From the NCBI GenBank assembly GCA_965203295.1, contig CBDBCZ010000010.1:1-64000 (forward strand): DNA of 64,000 nucleotides, written 5' to 3'. The DNA comes from Nitrospirales bacterium. GTDB lineage: Bacteria > Nitrospirota > Nitrospiria > Nitrospirales > UBA8639. Under the pieces are notes generated by a model. That model did no database searches, was not told where the DNA came from, and saw only the letters and a program-made list of their open reading frames with translations. Below, piece after piece: positions 39,657-52,700 of the stretch (positions within the stretch are counted from its first letter, which is position 1; each line of letters starts with the position of its first letter). A program made the translations under genes and the position numbers.

Positions 39657-42600
39657 ATGTTTGAACTGTCGAGAAAGAAGTGCGTTCGTGCAGGACTGCT
39701 GGCTGGGGACTCTCCCGACGTCTCGAAGTTGTCCCGACTCAAGCTAAGCCTGAACGAGAAACTCGAAGTGTTGAAGCAGTTGGACAGCGAGATCCTGGCC
39801 CTGGTCGAAGAGGGTGATGTGGCAGGGAAGATTGAACAGTCTGACGAGTTTAAAGAAGGCATTTATGCAGCCATGATGGGAGCTGACCAAGCCCTAGCAA
39901 TTCCCACTCCGCTCGCCCCAAGGAGTCCAGCAACCGTGCCGGCTCCTCTCCAGTAAGCAGCAAGGTGAAGCCCCCAAAACTTACGCTACAGCCCTTCGAC
40001 AGTGAGTTGACAGTATGGACCCCTTTCTGGGACTCCTTTAAGGCTGCAGTTCATGACAATCGGGCGTTGTCTGATATCGATAAGTTTAACTATCTCCGGG
40101 GTTTGCTTCCACTATCTCCGGGGTTTGCTTCAGCGCACAGCGCTGGAGGCCATTTCTAGGCTGGCCCTCACGGCTGCAAACTACCGGGAGGCAGTCTCAA
40201 TTTTGGAGGAGCGGTTTGGAATCAAACCGCAAATTTTTGCCAAACACATGGATGTCCTCATCCACGTGGATGCGGTTAGCTCCCCTCACAACGTCAAGGG
40301 CCTTCGGCACCTGTATGACCTCGTTGAGTCAAATGTACGTAGCTTCAGGGCCTTAGGAATCAGCTTCCTACGGCAGCCTCCTTGCTTCCGTGCTCATCGC
40401 CAAGATTCCCCAAGAGTTGCAACTTATTGTGAGCAGGAAGATGGGCAGTGACGACTGGAATGTTGATGCCTTGATGATCACTCTGGGAGAAGAACTCCAA
40501 GCTCGAGAGAGGACGACAGCGGTATCCGTGCCCAGTGGGAAGAATTGCAAGGAGCCAGCAACAGCAGCAGCGCTGTTGACGGGAGGTAGTAACAGGATAA
40601 CCTGCTCCTACTGCCAACAAGACCATACCTCCAACTCGTGTGGGGTCGTCTCGCCGCCCCATGCTAGGAAGCAGGTGCTGCAGAAGTCAGGACGATGTTT
40701 TGTGTGTCTACGGCAAGGCCACATCAGTCGGGAATGCAGCTCTCACAAGAGGTGCGCCAAATGCGGTGGCCGGCATCACATCAGCAATTTGCCTGAGAGG
40801 CACCAACTCCCAGCCAACCCGGAGTGGCATCACTGCCTCCAGACAGGTGAAGACGGACCACCCCATTGAGGCCTCGACTCAATCTTGACCAGAACCCCCT
40901 GCTGCTCAGCGATCTGGACTCAACCATGGAGCTCCTGCCTTTCGGTCACCAGAGCATCGTTCGACTTCACTTTGGAACAACTCTGGCAGGACTGTCCTGC
41001 TGTAGACTGCGCAGGCACAAGTTTTCAACCCGACCTCCCCATCTCAGTCTCGACGAGTGAGAATAGTCCTTGTCAGCGGCAGTCAATGGTCGTATGTCAC
41101 AGAGCACGTTGCAAGAGAGCTTTCGCTCACTCCAGAGGGGGAGCAGCCAATGACCATCATGACCTTTGGCTCGAGCGAGGAGTGTTCCCAGGTGAGTGAA
41201 CGCGTGAGGCTTAGCCTCACGCTGAACAGCGGTCAGTTAAAGCAGCTGATGCTTTTCACTGTCCCCCTCATATGCAAACCCATCCGGTATCCATCTGCCA
41301 AGACAGCTTTGATCACCTTATGGGCCTTGACCTTGCTGACCCTGCCGACGGCCAATCTCCACTGGAAATCGACATTCTGGTTGGATCAGATCAGTACTGG
41401 GAATTGACAACCAGCGAGACTCAACGGACACGATCGGGACCAGTTGCAATCAACACGGAGCTCGGATGGATCCTGTCTGGCCCGGCTATGCCTCCTGATC
41501 AGATTCAACCCCTCACCTCTCTCATGGCGCACACCTTGCGTGTTGATGGCCTGCCACTGACAGATCAAGCCTTGGATGATAGCCTCAAGTCCCTCTGGGA
41601 TCTGGACTCTTTCGGAATCTCTTCTCGCTCTGATATTAATCTGTCGGTCCATGAAAGTTTTGAAGATTCAGTCTGCTTCATTGATGGGAGATATGAGGTC
41701 GAACTCCCGTGAAAGAATGCACACCCCCCTTTAGCTGACCACTACAATCTTTCTTTGAAGCGTCTGCGGGGGTTGATCCGAAGGCTTCGGCATGACCCAG
41801 ATGTGCTACAAGAGTACGATGCAACCATCAAGGATCAAATTCAGCGAGGGATTGTCGAACCCGTGGAGGAGTCGTCTGGTGAATTCTGCAACAAGACACA
41901 TTATCTGCCACATTACGCCATCATTCGAAGGGACAAGGAAACCACCAAGATTCGTGTTGTGTACGACGCCTCGGCACAATCGGACGAGCCATCCCTCAAT
42001 GACTTCCTCCATGCCGGCTCAAAATGCGACCATAGAATTCTGGATAACTCGCTGCGGTTTTGCGTGCACCGGGTAGCAGTCACTGCCGACATAGAGAAGG
42101 CCTTTCTCGTGGTTGCCATCGCAAAGAAAAGGATCGCGATGTTTTGCGCTTTCTGTGGTTTGATGACGCATTTTCAGACCAGCCGAACCTCGTTCAGTTG
42201 TGATTCGCCCGAGTGGTGTTCAGAGTGTCGTCCAGCCTATTTCTTTTGAATGCAACAATACGACACTATCTCGAGCGGTACAAGACAGTACAGCCAAGGC
42301 TAGTGGAGAAGCTTTCAAGGGCAGCCTACATTGACGACATGGTCACTGGAGCGGATAACGAAGAGGAAGCCCACCAGCTGTTCATCAAGTCTAAGGAGAT
42401 GCTGAAGGAAGGAGGATTCAATATGCGGAAATTCCGCTCCAATTCGACCCGTCTGCAGATGAAAGTCGAGGGCCAAGAGATGCTGGACGAATGTGCATCC
42501 ACCTGCGCCGATGAAACCTACGTTAGTTCAACCCTTGGCAACGGGCAGTTGGTACACAATGGAGAGAGGAAGGTGCTTGGTATTCGCTGGGACCTGGCCA

Positions 42601-43825
42601 CTGACCAGCTGGTCATGAGTTTGGAAGATGTAGCCTCTGCAGCATCAAACCCTGAACCTACGAAGAGAGCCATCGTCAGTCTTGTGGGCAGGATGTACAA
42701 CCCTTTGGGTTTCCTGTCGCCGATTGTGGTTCAACTGAAGATATTCATACGGGGGCTGTGTGAGGCAAAGCTGACTTGGGACCAACAGCTGACTGGCCAA
42801 CCACTCGAGAGATGGCACCACCTGTCATCGAAATTGCTTGAAGCGAGACCCTTTCTGAAACCCTGCTGCTATTTGGCTGGTATCTATGAGCAAGTGATCT
42901 CTTACAGACTCTACAGCTTCTGTGATGCATCGCTCAAGGCCTACACGGCCGTTGTTTACCTGCTGTTGGAGACTCATTCTGGGCGACATGTCAGAATCAC
43001 AGCATCCAAAACACGAGTTTCGCCTCTCAAGACTCAGACAATTCCCAGGCTAGAATTGCTCTTGGCGCTACCCCTAGCAAGGCTCAAGGATACCTTCACT
43101 CAAGCACTTGAGAGCGAGTTGCCTCTCTGTGACCCACTCTGACTCCACTGTCACAATCTGCTGGATTCAAGGAGTGGAGAAGATCTGGAAGCCATTCGTC
43201 CAGAATCGAGTCTTGGAGATTCGGAAGCTCCTGCCTCCAAAGTGTTGGGTACATGACATCCCGTCAAGAGGAAACACTCCACAACAACTGGCTGACTCTC
43301 AGCTCTGCATGAACGAGCCCGAATGCCTCAAAACTGGCGAGCTGAGTGGACCTTCAGAACTTCAGATGCCTGCAGGGTGCCAAGTTGAGATGAAGGCCGA
43401 CAGGGCTGAGACAGCACATGGGCTGCTGGCTTCAGTAAAACCAGCAGGCCTACGGAAGGTAATGCAAGGTGAGAACTTCAGCTCATTTTGCCGCCTGGTG
43501 GCCGTCACTGCCAACGTGCTGAAGTTCTTCCGCCTCCTTCTCAACGTGGTACGTTCGAGTGCAACCACCGCTGCTTCAGATGACCTAGCCACAGCCCAGG
43601 CTTACCTGGGTGGTAGAGTCCCAGCAACAAGTCTTAGTGTGAGACAAGAATTTCACCCAATGGAAAAAGCAGTTTTCCCTATTCCAGGATGACCATAAGA
43701 TCTGGCGATGTGGGGACCGTATTCAGAACGCTGGCCTGCCTTTCTCAGCTAAACACCCTGCACTGCTCACCAAGGATCAATTCCTTGCTGCACTGCTTGT
43801 TAAGAGACCCCATCCAAGAGTTCTC
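39657..43825 (+). pseudogene. BEL/Pao gag-protease-RT-RNaseH fragments
   Basis: PKLTLQPF..W..FWDSF (DUF1759-like), triple Cys-His knuckles (CSYC, CFVCLRQGH, CAKCGGRHH), IDILVGSDQYW, HYLPH..RVVYDAS, ADIEKAF, YIDD, FCDAS, TIPRLEL. Many frameshifts and stops. Confidence 0.92.
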
Positions 43826-45419
43826 TAGCCTCGTTCCCAGGCTCCACCCCCCAGCTTTAATCGCAAAGTGGAAAAAAGCGGGCAGGGAGCCTGGTACATT
43901 TCGTCACGCGACATGCGTCAGCGCCGTGACGTAGGGTGTGTGGTTTGGTGTGTGGTTTTGTTAATCCGATTACGCGTGACGTGTACCGTCGCGCGCGCTC
44001 GTGTTCGACAACGGTGAATGCAATAGTGACCAAGCATCTCAAGCCTGGGCAAGAGTCTATACAACAGCTAAGATACAGTGGTCCATTTGATTTGCGAACA
44101 GTTGAATTCGGCCATCCCTGTAGTTTCGAAGTCAGATGAGCGCGACCAAGCGCTAAGCAGGAACTTCAAGAAACAGCTGGGGAAGTTGAAGAGCCAGCCG
44201 TCCATAATTTTGATGCAAGGCGAAACAAAAGCGAGGTTAGCACACAGTTACTGTGTTTTTGCACTTGTATAAGGCTTATAGCATAGTAAAAATTCTTGTG
44301 TGTATAATTTTGTTAGTAAACAAACTTTGGCCACATGGTCTCTATCACGAGATTCACGACCGGTATGTGGTTTGCTTTGAAAAAGCGCGGCAACCACGTG
44401 GACCCAGCGTATAGCTAAGATGAACACTGAAGGATCCACACTTTGCAATTCTGCATGTTTCCTTGCTACTGGGCAAGCAGGAGCTGCCAGTACTCAACAG
44501 CTCGCTGCATGCACGGCCTATTGCAGCATTATGCTGACTCTGATTGCTGTATGGCACTATGCTGCTCTGAGGCCTGGGCAGCTTGAAGCAGTATTGCTGA
44601 TACTCCATGGGCGTGATGCCTTTGTCCGGATGGCCACAGGAGCTGGGAAGTCTTTATGTATCTTTCTGGCACCCTTGGCAGGAAGGTCTGATGGCATGGC
44701 TGTAGTCATTAGTCCCCTAAATGGCTTAATGGACGAGCAGGTATGCATGTCATGACATACACTATACTGCTTAGAGTTTCGAATTTCATGGAAATGTTCA
44801 CTTTCAAGATTCTCAGATTGGCACAAGTGGGTATTCCAGCTGTTCGGGTCACTGGGTGACACAGACGGACAAGGACACTTGTACCGTTGTATGAAACAGC
44901 TGTTAACCCTCCGTGGCGTCACTTTTTTGCGAGTAAGCATTTCCAGGAGCATGCGGTGCTGGTGGCAGTGGACGAGGCACACCTCATTCATGAATGGTTA
45001 GACGGTGCCTCTCTGCCTGTAAATATATTTGTAATTATAGTAATGTTGCTTACGGATTTCAGGGGACCTGACTTTCGAAAAGCTTTTAAGCGCATCGGAG
45101 GCCTGAGAGCTTTGACTAAGGTCCCCTTCATGTGCTTAACTGCAACTCCACTCATGTCCAAGTTTGCCATCAAAATCCTTGGACTTTCCGATATTGTCCT
45201 AAATCCTATAGAAATCCATGTACACACAGTGGAAATCCAGCTCACAACACTAGCTATCTATTCCACTGTCACTTGCAGTCCTATTGTTGAATGGACAATC
45301 CACAGATATCCACTATGACCCACTCAGTCCAATGGATTTTCATGGAGTGTCCACATTCTCCTCTGTCCATTCCAGTCCACTATCGAATAAACATCCCTAG
45401 ATCATCCAGGGATATCCAC

Positions 45420-45880
45420 TATGACATACTGTTCCATCCAGTTTAATGGATGTCCATGGATCATCCCCTATAAATCCACTTGACATAGTATATGTACTCA
45501 TTCCACTGTCCCATCCGGTCCAACTGTCCAATGGATGTCCATGGATTATCCACGGCCATCCACTTGACATAGTACCTGTTCCACTGTACCATCCAGTCCA
45601 ACTGTCCAGTGGATGTCCGTGGATTATCCACGGTCATCCACTTGACATAGTACCAGTACCTGTTCCACTGTCCCATCCAGTCCAACTGTCCAGTGGATGT
45701 CCGTGGATTATCCACAGTCATCCACTTGACATAGTACATGTACCTGTTCCACTGTCCCATCCAGTCCAATTGTCCAATGGATGTCCTTGGATTATCCAGT
45801 CATCCACTTGACATAGTACATGTACCTGTTCCACTGTCCCATTCAGTCCAATTGTCCAGTGGATGACCATGGTGCACATG
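45420..45880. repeat. Left subterminal tandem array (about 72-78-bp units, about 5 copies)
   Basis: CCACTGTCCCATCCAGTCCAACTGTCCAGTGGATGTCCGTGGATTATCCAC..CATCCACTTGACATAGTAC repeated. Confidence 0.88.
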
Positions 45881-46016
45881 GATCACTGACAGACATCCGC
45901 TTTAGCACTATACTGTCACGTTCTGAATCAATAGCAAATAGCCGATGACATGTGACAAAATATAGGAGGCTAGTATGTATGAGGGTTATATGAGGATACA
46001 TAAAATGTGTAGGAGG

Positions 46017-49000
46017 TTACGTAGTATAATATGATGGGGATGTCATATATATATGATTAAATAAGTATTGTTTGGTATCACAGCAGTAACTGGTCTGTAT
46101 ACTACAACTTGAGGCGCTTTGATGTGCTTTGCTGGCCCTTGCATGGTGTACTTTCGGGACTCTTTCTTGGGCTTTCACTGTAACTTCTGAGAGTCTTTCT
46201 TGGACTTCTCCTAAGTGTCGCCACTTCACTTGGAGGCCGTTTCCCAAGAATGCCTTCACCATTTTCCCTATGATGCAAGAAATCTACTTAATTACAATGA
46301 CAGTAGCAAGGCTTAATTTGCACAGCAAGATTCTTACATGTCATCTGGGCCGTGTTGGTCTTTGACCTTTGTGTCTTCAAAGGCCCTTGAATATTGAAGG
46401 AGGGAGAGGTTGTATTTCTCGGCCAGTTTTCTTGCGAATGCTACCTTTCCCTCAGAATCTTCCGGAATGGGAGTCTTGTAGAACTTAAAAGCCTAAAGTA
46501 AAGTCAATGTTCAAGTAAAATGTAACGGTAATTATCTCACTACTTAAAAAAAACAAACCAACCTTCACTGTGCCCTTCGTTTTCTTGGGTGGCAGTTTAC
46601 CCATGCCATCCTCCTGCAGTTTAGTTAGAGCCTGCAGAGCTCCTTCTATACCACCCCTATTCCGAAACTTCCTCTTTTGATGGACCCAGAAGGACACATC
46701 GAGAAATTTCCCAGGAAGATTCAGCAGTAACGTTTCGTTGGACTCCTGTTGTGGCCCATGTACGGTCTCATGTACAACTCCTTCACCAGCAACTACCAGC
46801 TCCAGTTCATCATCAATTTTCCCTCGGCCAGATATATAGGCTGTGTGCTGGCAGCACACTTCAACGAAGTTGATTGCAGCCTCAGTCGCTTTGTTTGAGA
46901 TTGAGTCAGCTATGGGAGCATCACTCTCTATGTGGAAAAGTACATGCATAGCCACACTCACTCGCAGGATCTGTCCCATGGACTTGCTCAACATTCCTGA
47001 AACATACAAAGGTGAAAGGTTATAGGGCTTGGGTAGCCTCGTTCCTAGGCCCACAACTTCTTCTGTTACACGAAGGAAAGTGACTGCTTTGTGTATCCGA
47101 AAAAGTCTCAGGCGTGGGAATGAGGCTATAGGGCTAGGGTTGAAGGCTATGGCTTCAGATTCATTACATATAAGGTGTGAAATAGAGCAGTGTCTATCAC
47201 TTACTCATATGCTACTTCCTTAGGCTGAGGCTAATGCACACAACATTGGAACTAATATCATTGCTGATAGTATGCAAGTGTTGCTACAGTTTTGTTCAAA
47301 TCAGCACTACTATTTCCCCTTGGCTCTAACTACTGTCTCGGCAGATAGAGCTCAGGAGAGATAAGTAGAGGTATTTGGTGTTGCGTCACTGTGCAGGTGG
47401 GGAATACATTCTTGAAAGGATGAAGTAACATAGACCAAAGGCTGGTTGAAGCTCAAATTAATGTTGTGTAGCATAGTACAGTTTCTATTTAGAATATACC
47501 CAAATCTTCCTGGCTCAGAGAATTTTGTTTATTGTTATAGAGTAGGCAGTCTTTGTTACTGCTAAGCAGACTTCAGCTGTATTATATGGATTCTATATTT
47601 CTCTATTACTTCTAGCTACTATCACACACCTGATAATAAATCATCCATCGCTGCAATTGTTAGTAGCTGTGTTTGCGTTCTGTCATATTTTTGCTTGAAT
47701 AAAGCTAATTGTGACTCTTCTAGGGGAAGATGAAACACTTTTTTCCCCACATCCTTTCCATCTGCTGGCTTCTTCCACATTCCAGCAAGCAATGTAACTA
47801 CATGTACAAGACATTGAAAAATTGTATTACTGCATGAAATAACATGTTGTTGGATCATGATTGACACGGAGGTCTGAGGTTTACCTATTTTGTCAGTGAA
47901 TGTCTTGTCAGTGGGCTCCAAAGTTGCAAAGTTAGCATAAACTGGTTTAGGGAACATCCACAGGAAGCTGAGTCCTTTTTCTGCATTTCCTGGAAGCTCT
48001 ATTAGAGCTCTTGCAACAGCTGGCTGATTGAATACTCCGACTGTGAGGCTGGTAGCATCCATCCTAAAGTTAGCTTCACCTGTGACTGTATAAATGAAAA
48101 TGTATACAATGTACCTGCAAAAACTTCAAATGTTAAAACAGATGCTATATTAAATCAACAAAGAAGTGAATGTCTTTGCCAGTAATTTAGCTTGCTACCA
48201 TATTAAAGCACCTTGTTAATATAAAAATCTATTAGGATTGCTAAAGTTTCATTAAATAATTGTTGATTGTATACGCTAGAAGGTAAGTACAGTTCGTGAG
48301 AAGCACACGTTTTAGAGTGAGTTTCCTACCTGCTGCACTTCGATATACTAGCTAGCTATTGTTCATTGTCTCAATGTAAATAACTAACCAGTTGTCCTGG
48401 TCCAGGGGTTTGCATTATAGAGCTCCAAAAACATTGCCAATTCATGGGAATCGTTGAGGCCACGGCTGCTGTACAGTTTGATTTTGGTCAGAAAAGATGA
48501 CAGTCCATCATTTTGTGCCATCAGCACTCCCATTTTCTCAAATGTAGCATCAGAGAGCAACCATGGAGGGTCTGTATCTACAAAGATACAAAGCAGTCAT
48601 GCACATGTGTACATGTACCACAGTAAATGAGTGCATCAAAGGTGGTGGGTTGGGGGCAAACTAATACTAATTAGCCCTCTGAGTAAATTAACACCTTAGA
48701 TTGGACTTGGCGCTTCTAATCAGCAGCAATTTACAGGTGCATAGGCACTAATCAACATACTCACACACCAACTGGAGTTCCAGTTATACTATTACCATTA
48801 TGTAGACGTACAAATAGTATGTAATTTGACCACCTGTGCCTACATGTACATAACATTTTACTATACCTGAACATCTAGCGGCTTGACGTATGTTGTGAAG
48901 CAGTCCTCGTAAGAATTGATATATGGTAGTCTTGCGGCTCCCTGTTGGCATACTGATGGTTAGCCAAATAAGGATAGGCTCCACCCAATCAGTTCCCGGC

Positions 49001-49604
49001 ACTGTTACTTCAGCCGGTGAAAGCACAAAGCTTGTCAAGATCAGCAGTCCTCCCAGAACAGCTGCAGGCGGGACACTCATTGCTTTGCCGACCTGTAAAC
49101 AACCCTATGTATGCATATGAAACAAGCACATTAGTGTACAGACTGAATTAATACCACATATAATTGTAGGGCAATGTGAACAATGGAAAAGATTAGAGCA
49201 CGTGTTATTGTGGTGAATATTATTAGAGTTGACAGAGATAGATGATGCATTAATTGCTGAATGCTCATATCTGGTTCTTCTAATTTGTTTTTCCCTACGG
49301 TAGCAATTACTATGCTATTCAACTCATGAGCACTAAGTGGAAATATTGATATTCCAATTATCAGATAGCTACCTAGCCAGTACTCCCAAATCTGTGTCTG
49401 TGGGACACATACATATAGAGTTCACGCACACCTTAACCTACGTACAATGTTAACTGTCTAAACCATATGGCTATTTTACTATATCACATATGTATTCACC
49501 TCTCTCAGCACACGTGGGTATAGATTCCAATTCAGGTCCAAGGTCCAGCAGCTTTCCAGCCTCTTTCTGGTGTCCTTACTTCTCTCTGATCTAGGAGTTG
49601 CCAT
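46017..49604 (-). CDS. Multi-exon P-loop NTPase, DUF3987/YfjI-like (may be partly decayed)
   Basis: WVEPILIWLTISMPTGSRKT (Walker A-like), DATFEKM, DGLSSFL (Walker B region appears shortened), FLELYNANPWTR, SLTVGVFNQP, KGLS-FLWMFP, MLSKSMGQILRVS, ATEAAINFV. The 3' end is approximate. Confidence 0.72.
47034..47128. mobile_element. 95-bp Academ-terminus mini-element in an ATPase intron
   Basis: TAGCCTCGTTCCTAGGCC...GGCGTGGGAATGAGGCTA, flanked by TAGGGCTTGGG / TAGGGCTAGGG. Confidence 0.7.
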
Positions 49605-49757
49605 CAGTGATGAAGAACAAATTTCTGGCTTTCTCTTGTAATGACAGTTGTCTGTTTGACACCTTGTGGTTGCTATGATTACATCATGCATGCATTTGCC
49701 CTTGACAACCTTGGTGTGAAATTTGATGGCTGGTGCTTTGTACTGTATAGCCTGAAG

Positions 49758-52700
49758 ATGGATGTAGTCACAGCTAAAGTTACAGATGTTGCTGTTCTCA
49801 GAAGGATGCTGTTTGCCACTGCTTATCTACCTACTGACATCCCTAACTATTGGGCTATCATAGCAAGTTTTGGTTCCCTGCACAGTTCTGAGAAGGCATG
49901 TATTTCACCACAAGTAGCACAGATGACGATGGAGAATGTGCAGGTCCTGAATGCAGATGCTTTTTATGCAGACATCGATTTAACAAGGGAGCTTGTTACT
50001 ATGGAAATTGGCCCAAACAAGCAGCCATGTGGAATTCCCCTCATTCCAAAGCAGCGGCTGTGTCTTTCATGTGGGGAAAAGCTTCCCTTACGGAGTGACC
50101 GTCCTAGTAGGCTTACTGTCTATACAGCATCTCTGGGTACACTTCCTGCTACTCATTACCACAAGTATTGCCATAATTATCGTAAGGGGTGTAAGCTAGT
50201 CCATTTCTATGGATACTACAAATTGGGAGATGGAGTCCTGCACTACAGCAATGACTGCTTGTCTCTGCCATACTTTTTATCATCACAAGAAATTGGTTTT
50301 GAGTTGGTCATGTTAAAGCACTTTGATGTTGAGCTCCTCATTGGCCAGATATCGTACATGCAAAAGGCTGATATATATAACATCTCCAATGGATACGACA
50401 CAACAAAGAAGGAGTGCTCTGCCATTGAGAAGAAACCAGAAGCACGCAAACAGCCCGCACATGGGTATGTGTAGGTAGAAGAGCTGCATACTTGTACACT
50501 CTGTGTGTATATATACATATATATATACGTATAGGATAGATCCCTCCCTAGAGGGAACTAACCGACTTAAGCGCCCGTGGGAAACCAAGGGAAACCGAGG
50601 AAGTGCTAATGGGTCGAGGGCGTAGCCCGAGACCCAATTAGCACTTCCGAGGTTTCCCGCGGTTTCCCAAGGGCGCTTAAGTCGGTTGGTTCCCTCTAGG
50701 GAGGGGTCTATCTGTCTTAGACCATACCGCTAATTGAAAAAGATTGCAGCTGGCTGACTGTTGCCATATATGGGTATGCTCACCGTTGCTTGGAAATAGC
50801 CAATCCAATGTTAGAGAGTAATGCGTAGTGGCGCGTCATCGTGTATCTGGCCAATCAATTGTTCGAATTGCAGTGATGTCACAGAATAGCCTATAAAAGG
50901 TGGATTTTCTAAGGCGCGTTTGTGCATGCAGTGAGTGCTGAAGAGCAGTTTTGTGGCGAGATTTTTTTTTTTTTTGTAGTGCTGCAGCACCCTAGTGTAC
51001 TATGGAAGAAGGTGGCTGGGGGTTTAATGCGCTGAATTTTGACGAGTTTGAACCGAACATCGATGACTCGGAAGATTTCAAGCTGACTACCAGCGAAAAT
51101 AGCAAGCGGTTTGGTTCCCCCTTGTCTGCAAAAGCAATTGATCGAGCTATCGCTGATCGGGTACCTGAAAAAACACGAAAAACTACACAATGGGCAATGA
51201 GCGTGTTTCGTTCGTGGTGTGATGCTCGTTCGATCAACGAGCCTACTGAAAAGCTGTCGAGTGATATGCTAGCTGATTTGCTGCGTCGATTCGTAATGGA
51301 GGCCCGTCGCCAGGATGAAACCCCATACCCTCCGGCCACCCTGATGCAGATTGTCGCGGGGATTCAGCGTTACTTCAGAGAGAATGGCCAACCGAGTCTT
51401 ACCGTTTTTGGTGATAAAGACCCTCGGTTTGCACGGACTCGTGGTAGCCTGGACGCGAGGATGAAGACCTTGACGAAGGAGGGTGTTGGGACGGAGTCGA
51501 AGCAAGCTCAACCGTTGACAAAGGAACAAGAAGAGAAGTTGTGGAGCCTTTCGATTTTTTCCTTGAATACTGGTTGGGGCCTTACGTACATTGTCTTCTG
51601 GTACAACTGCAAACTCTTCGGCCTCAGAGGTGGAGACGAGCACCGATCACTTGTTCGTGAGCAGTTTGAAATCGACTACGATCAGCAAGGGCGGTTTTTG
51701 CGATTCAAAGGGCGCAACTCGAAGAACGTACAAGGTGGAATTAAGCAACGAAAAGTTCGATTCAAAGATCTGAAGATTTACGCTCGCCAAGATCTCGGAG
51801 AGAGGTGTATTGTGGATGTGTACAACCACTACTTCGGCTTCATTCCTCAGACCGGGCCTTTCTACCGCAAGCCTACAGGAGATGATCCTCCCAAATACAG
51901 TAAGCAGGTGATTGGGAAGAATAAGCTTGGGGGTTTGGTGAAGGAGATGTGTAGTCGCGCTGGCTTTACCGGCTGCTATACCAACCATTCTGGAAAAGTC
52001 ACTTGCGCTATCGAATTGTTTGCCCACAATGTGGATGAGCAGCTTATAATGCGACAAACGGGTCACCGCAGCTCTGCTGTTAGGGCTTACAAGAGGCCTG
52101 GTGTAGCTCATGATGCGTTGGTTTCCGCCATCCTGCAGCCGCCAGCTCCAAAGCAAGCTAAGTCAGTTGACAAGTTAGACGTCCCTCCACCAAAATGCAA
52201 GCCATTGTGTGAGTGTCAGGAGCCGCCTCCTCAAGGTGTAGCTGCAGTGGAATCCAGGTCGAATGAACCATCGGTAGAATCCAAGCTGTCGGAGTGTTGG
52301 AAGTCGCCTCCGCAAGGTGCAGTGGATTTCAAGCGGGAAATGCCACCTGTTGCTTCCAAGGAGAACTATGCCCCACCTACATTCCAGTTGCCTGTTGTTC
52401 TTAACTTTAATTTTGGACGTTGTTGAAGCAGCAGTTTCAAACATACTAAGTGCTTGGACATCTGACTCATTATGTAGCACTCCCGTTTTGCCATTTATCC
52501 AACCCATGTATCACTTTCACTGGCTTTCTCATTTTTGATCACTTTCATGATTTATCTGATTCATGTAGAGCTGGTTTGCCATTGTTTTCTCCAAAATATT
52601 TCAGTACATGTATCACTCTGGTTGCTCCTTTTGATTGTTTGCTGATATATACATACTAAGCGCTTAGTATGTTTGTATAGGCATACTGAGAGCTTTTTTT

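Noticed and set aside
45446..45811. Repetitive ORFs on both strands
   Set aside because: They are translations of the left subterminal array.
51002..52426. Domesticated ZMYM/QRICH1/KCTD1 host gene
   Set aside because: It is intronless, retains the catalytic Tyr, has element-like ends and is nested inside other transposons.
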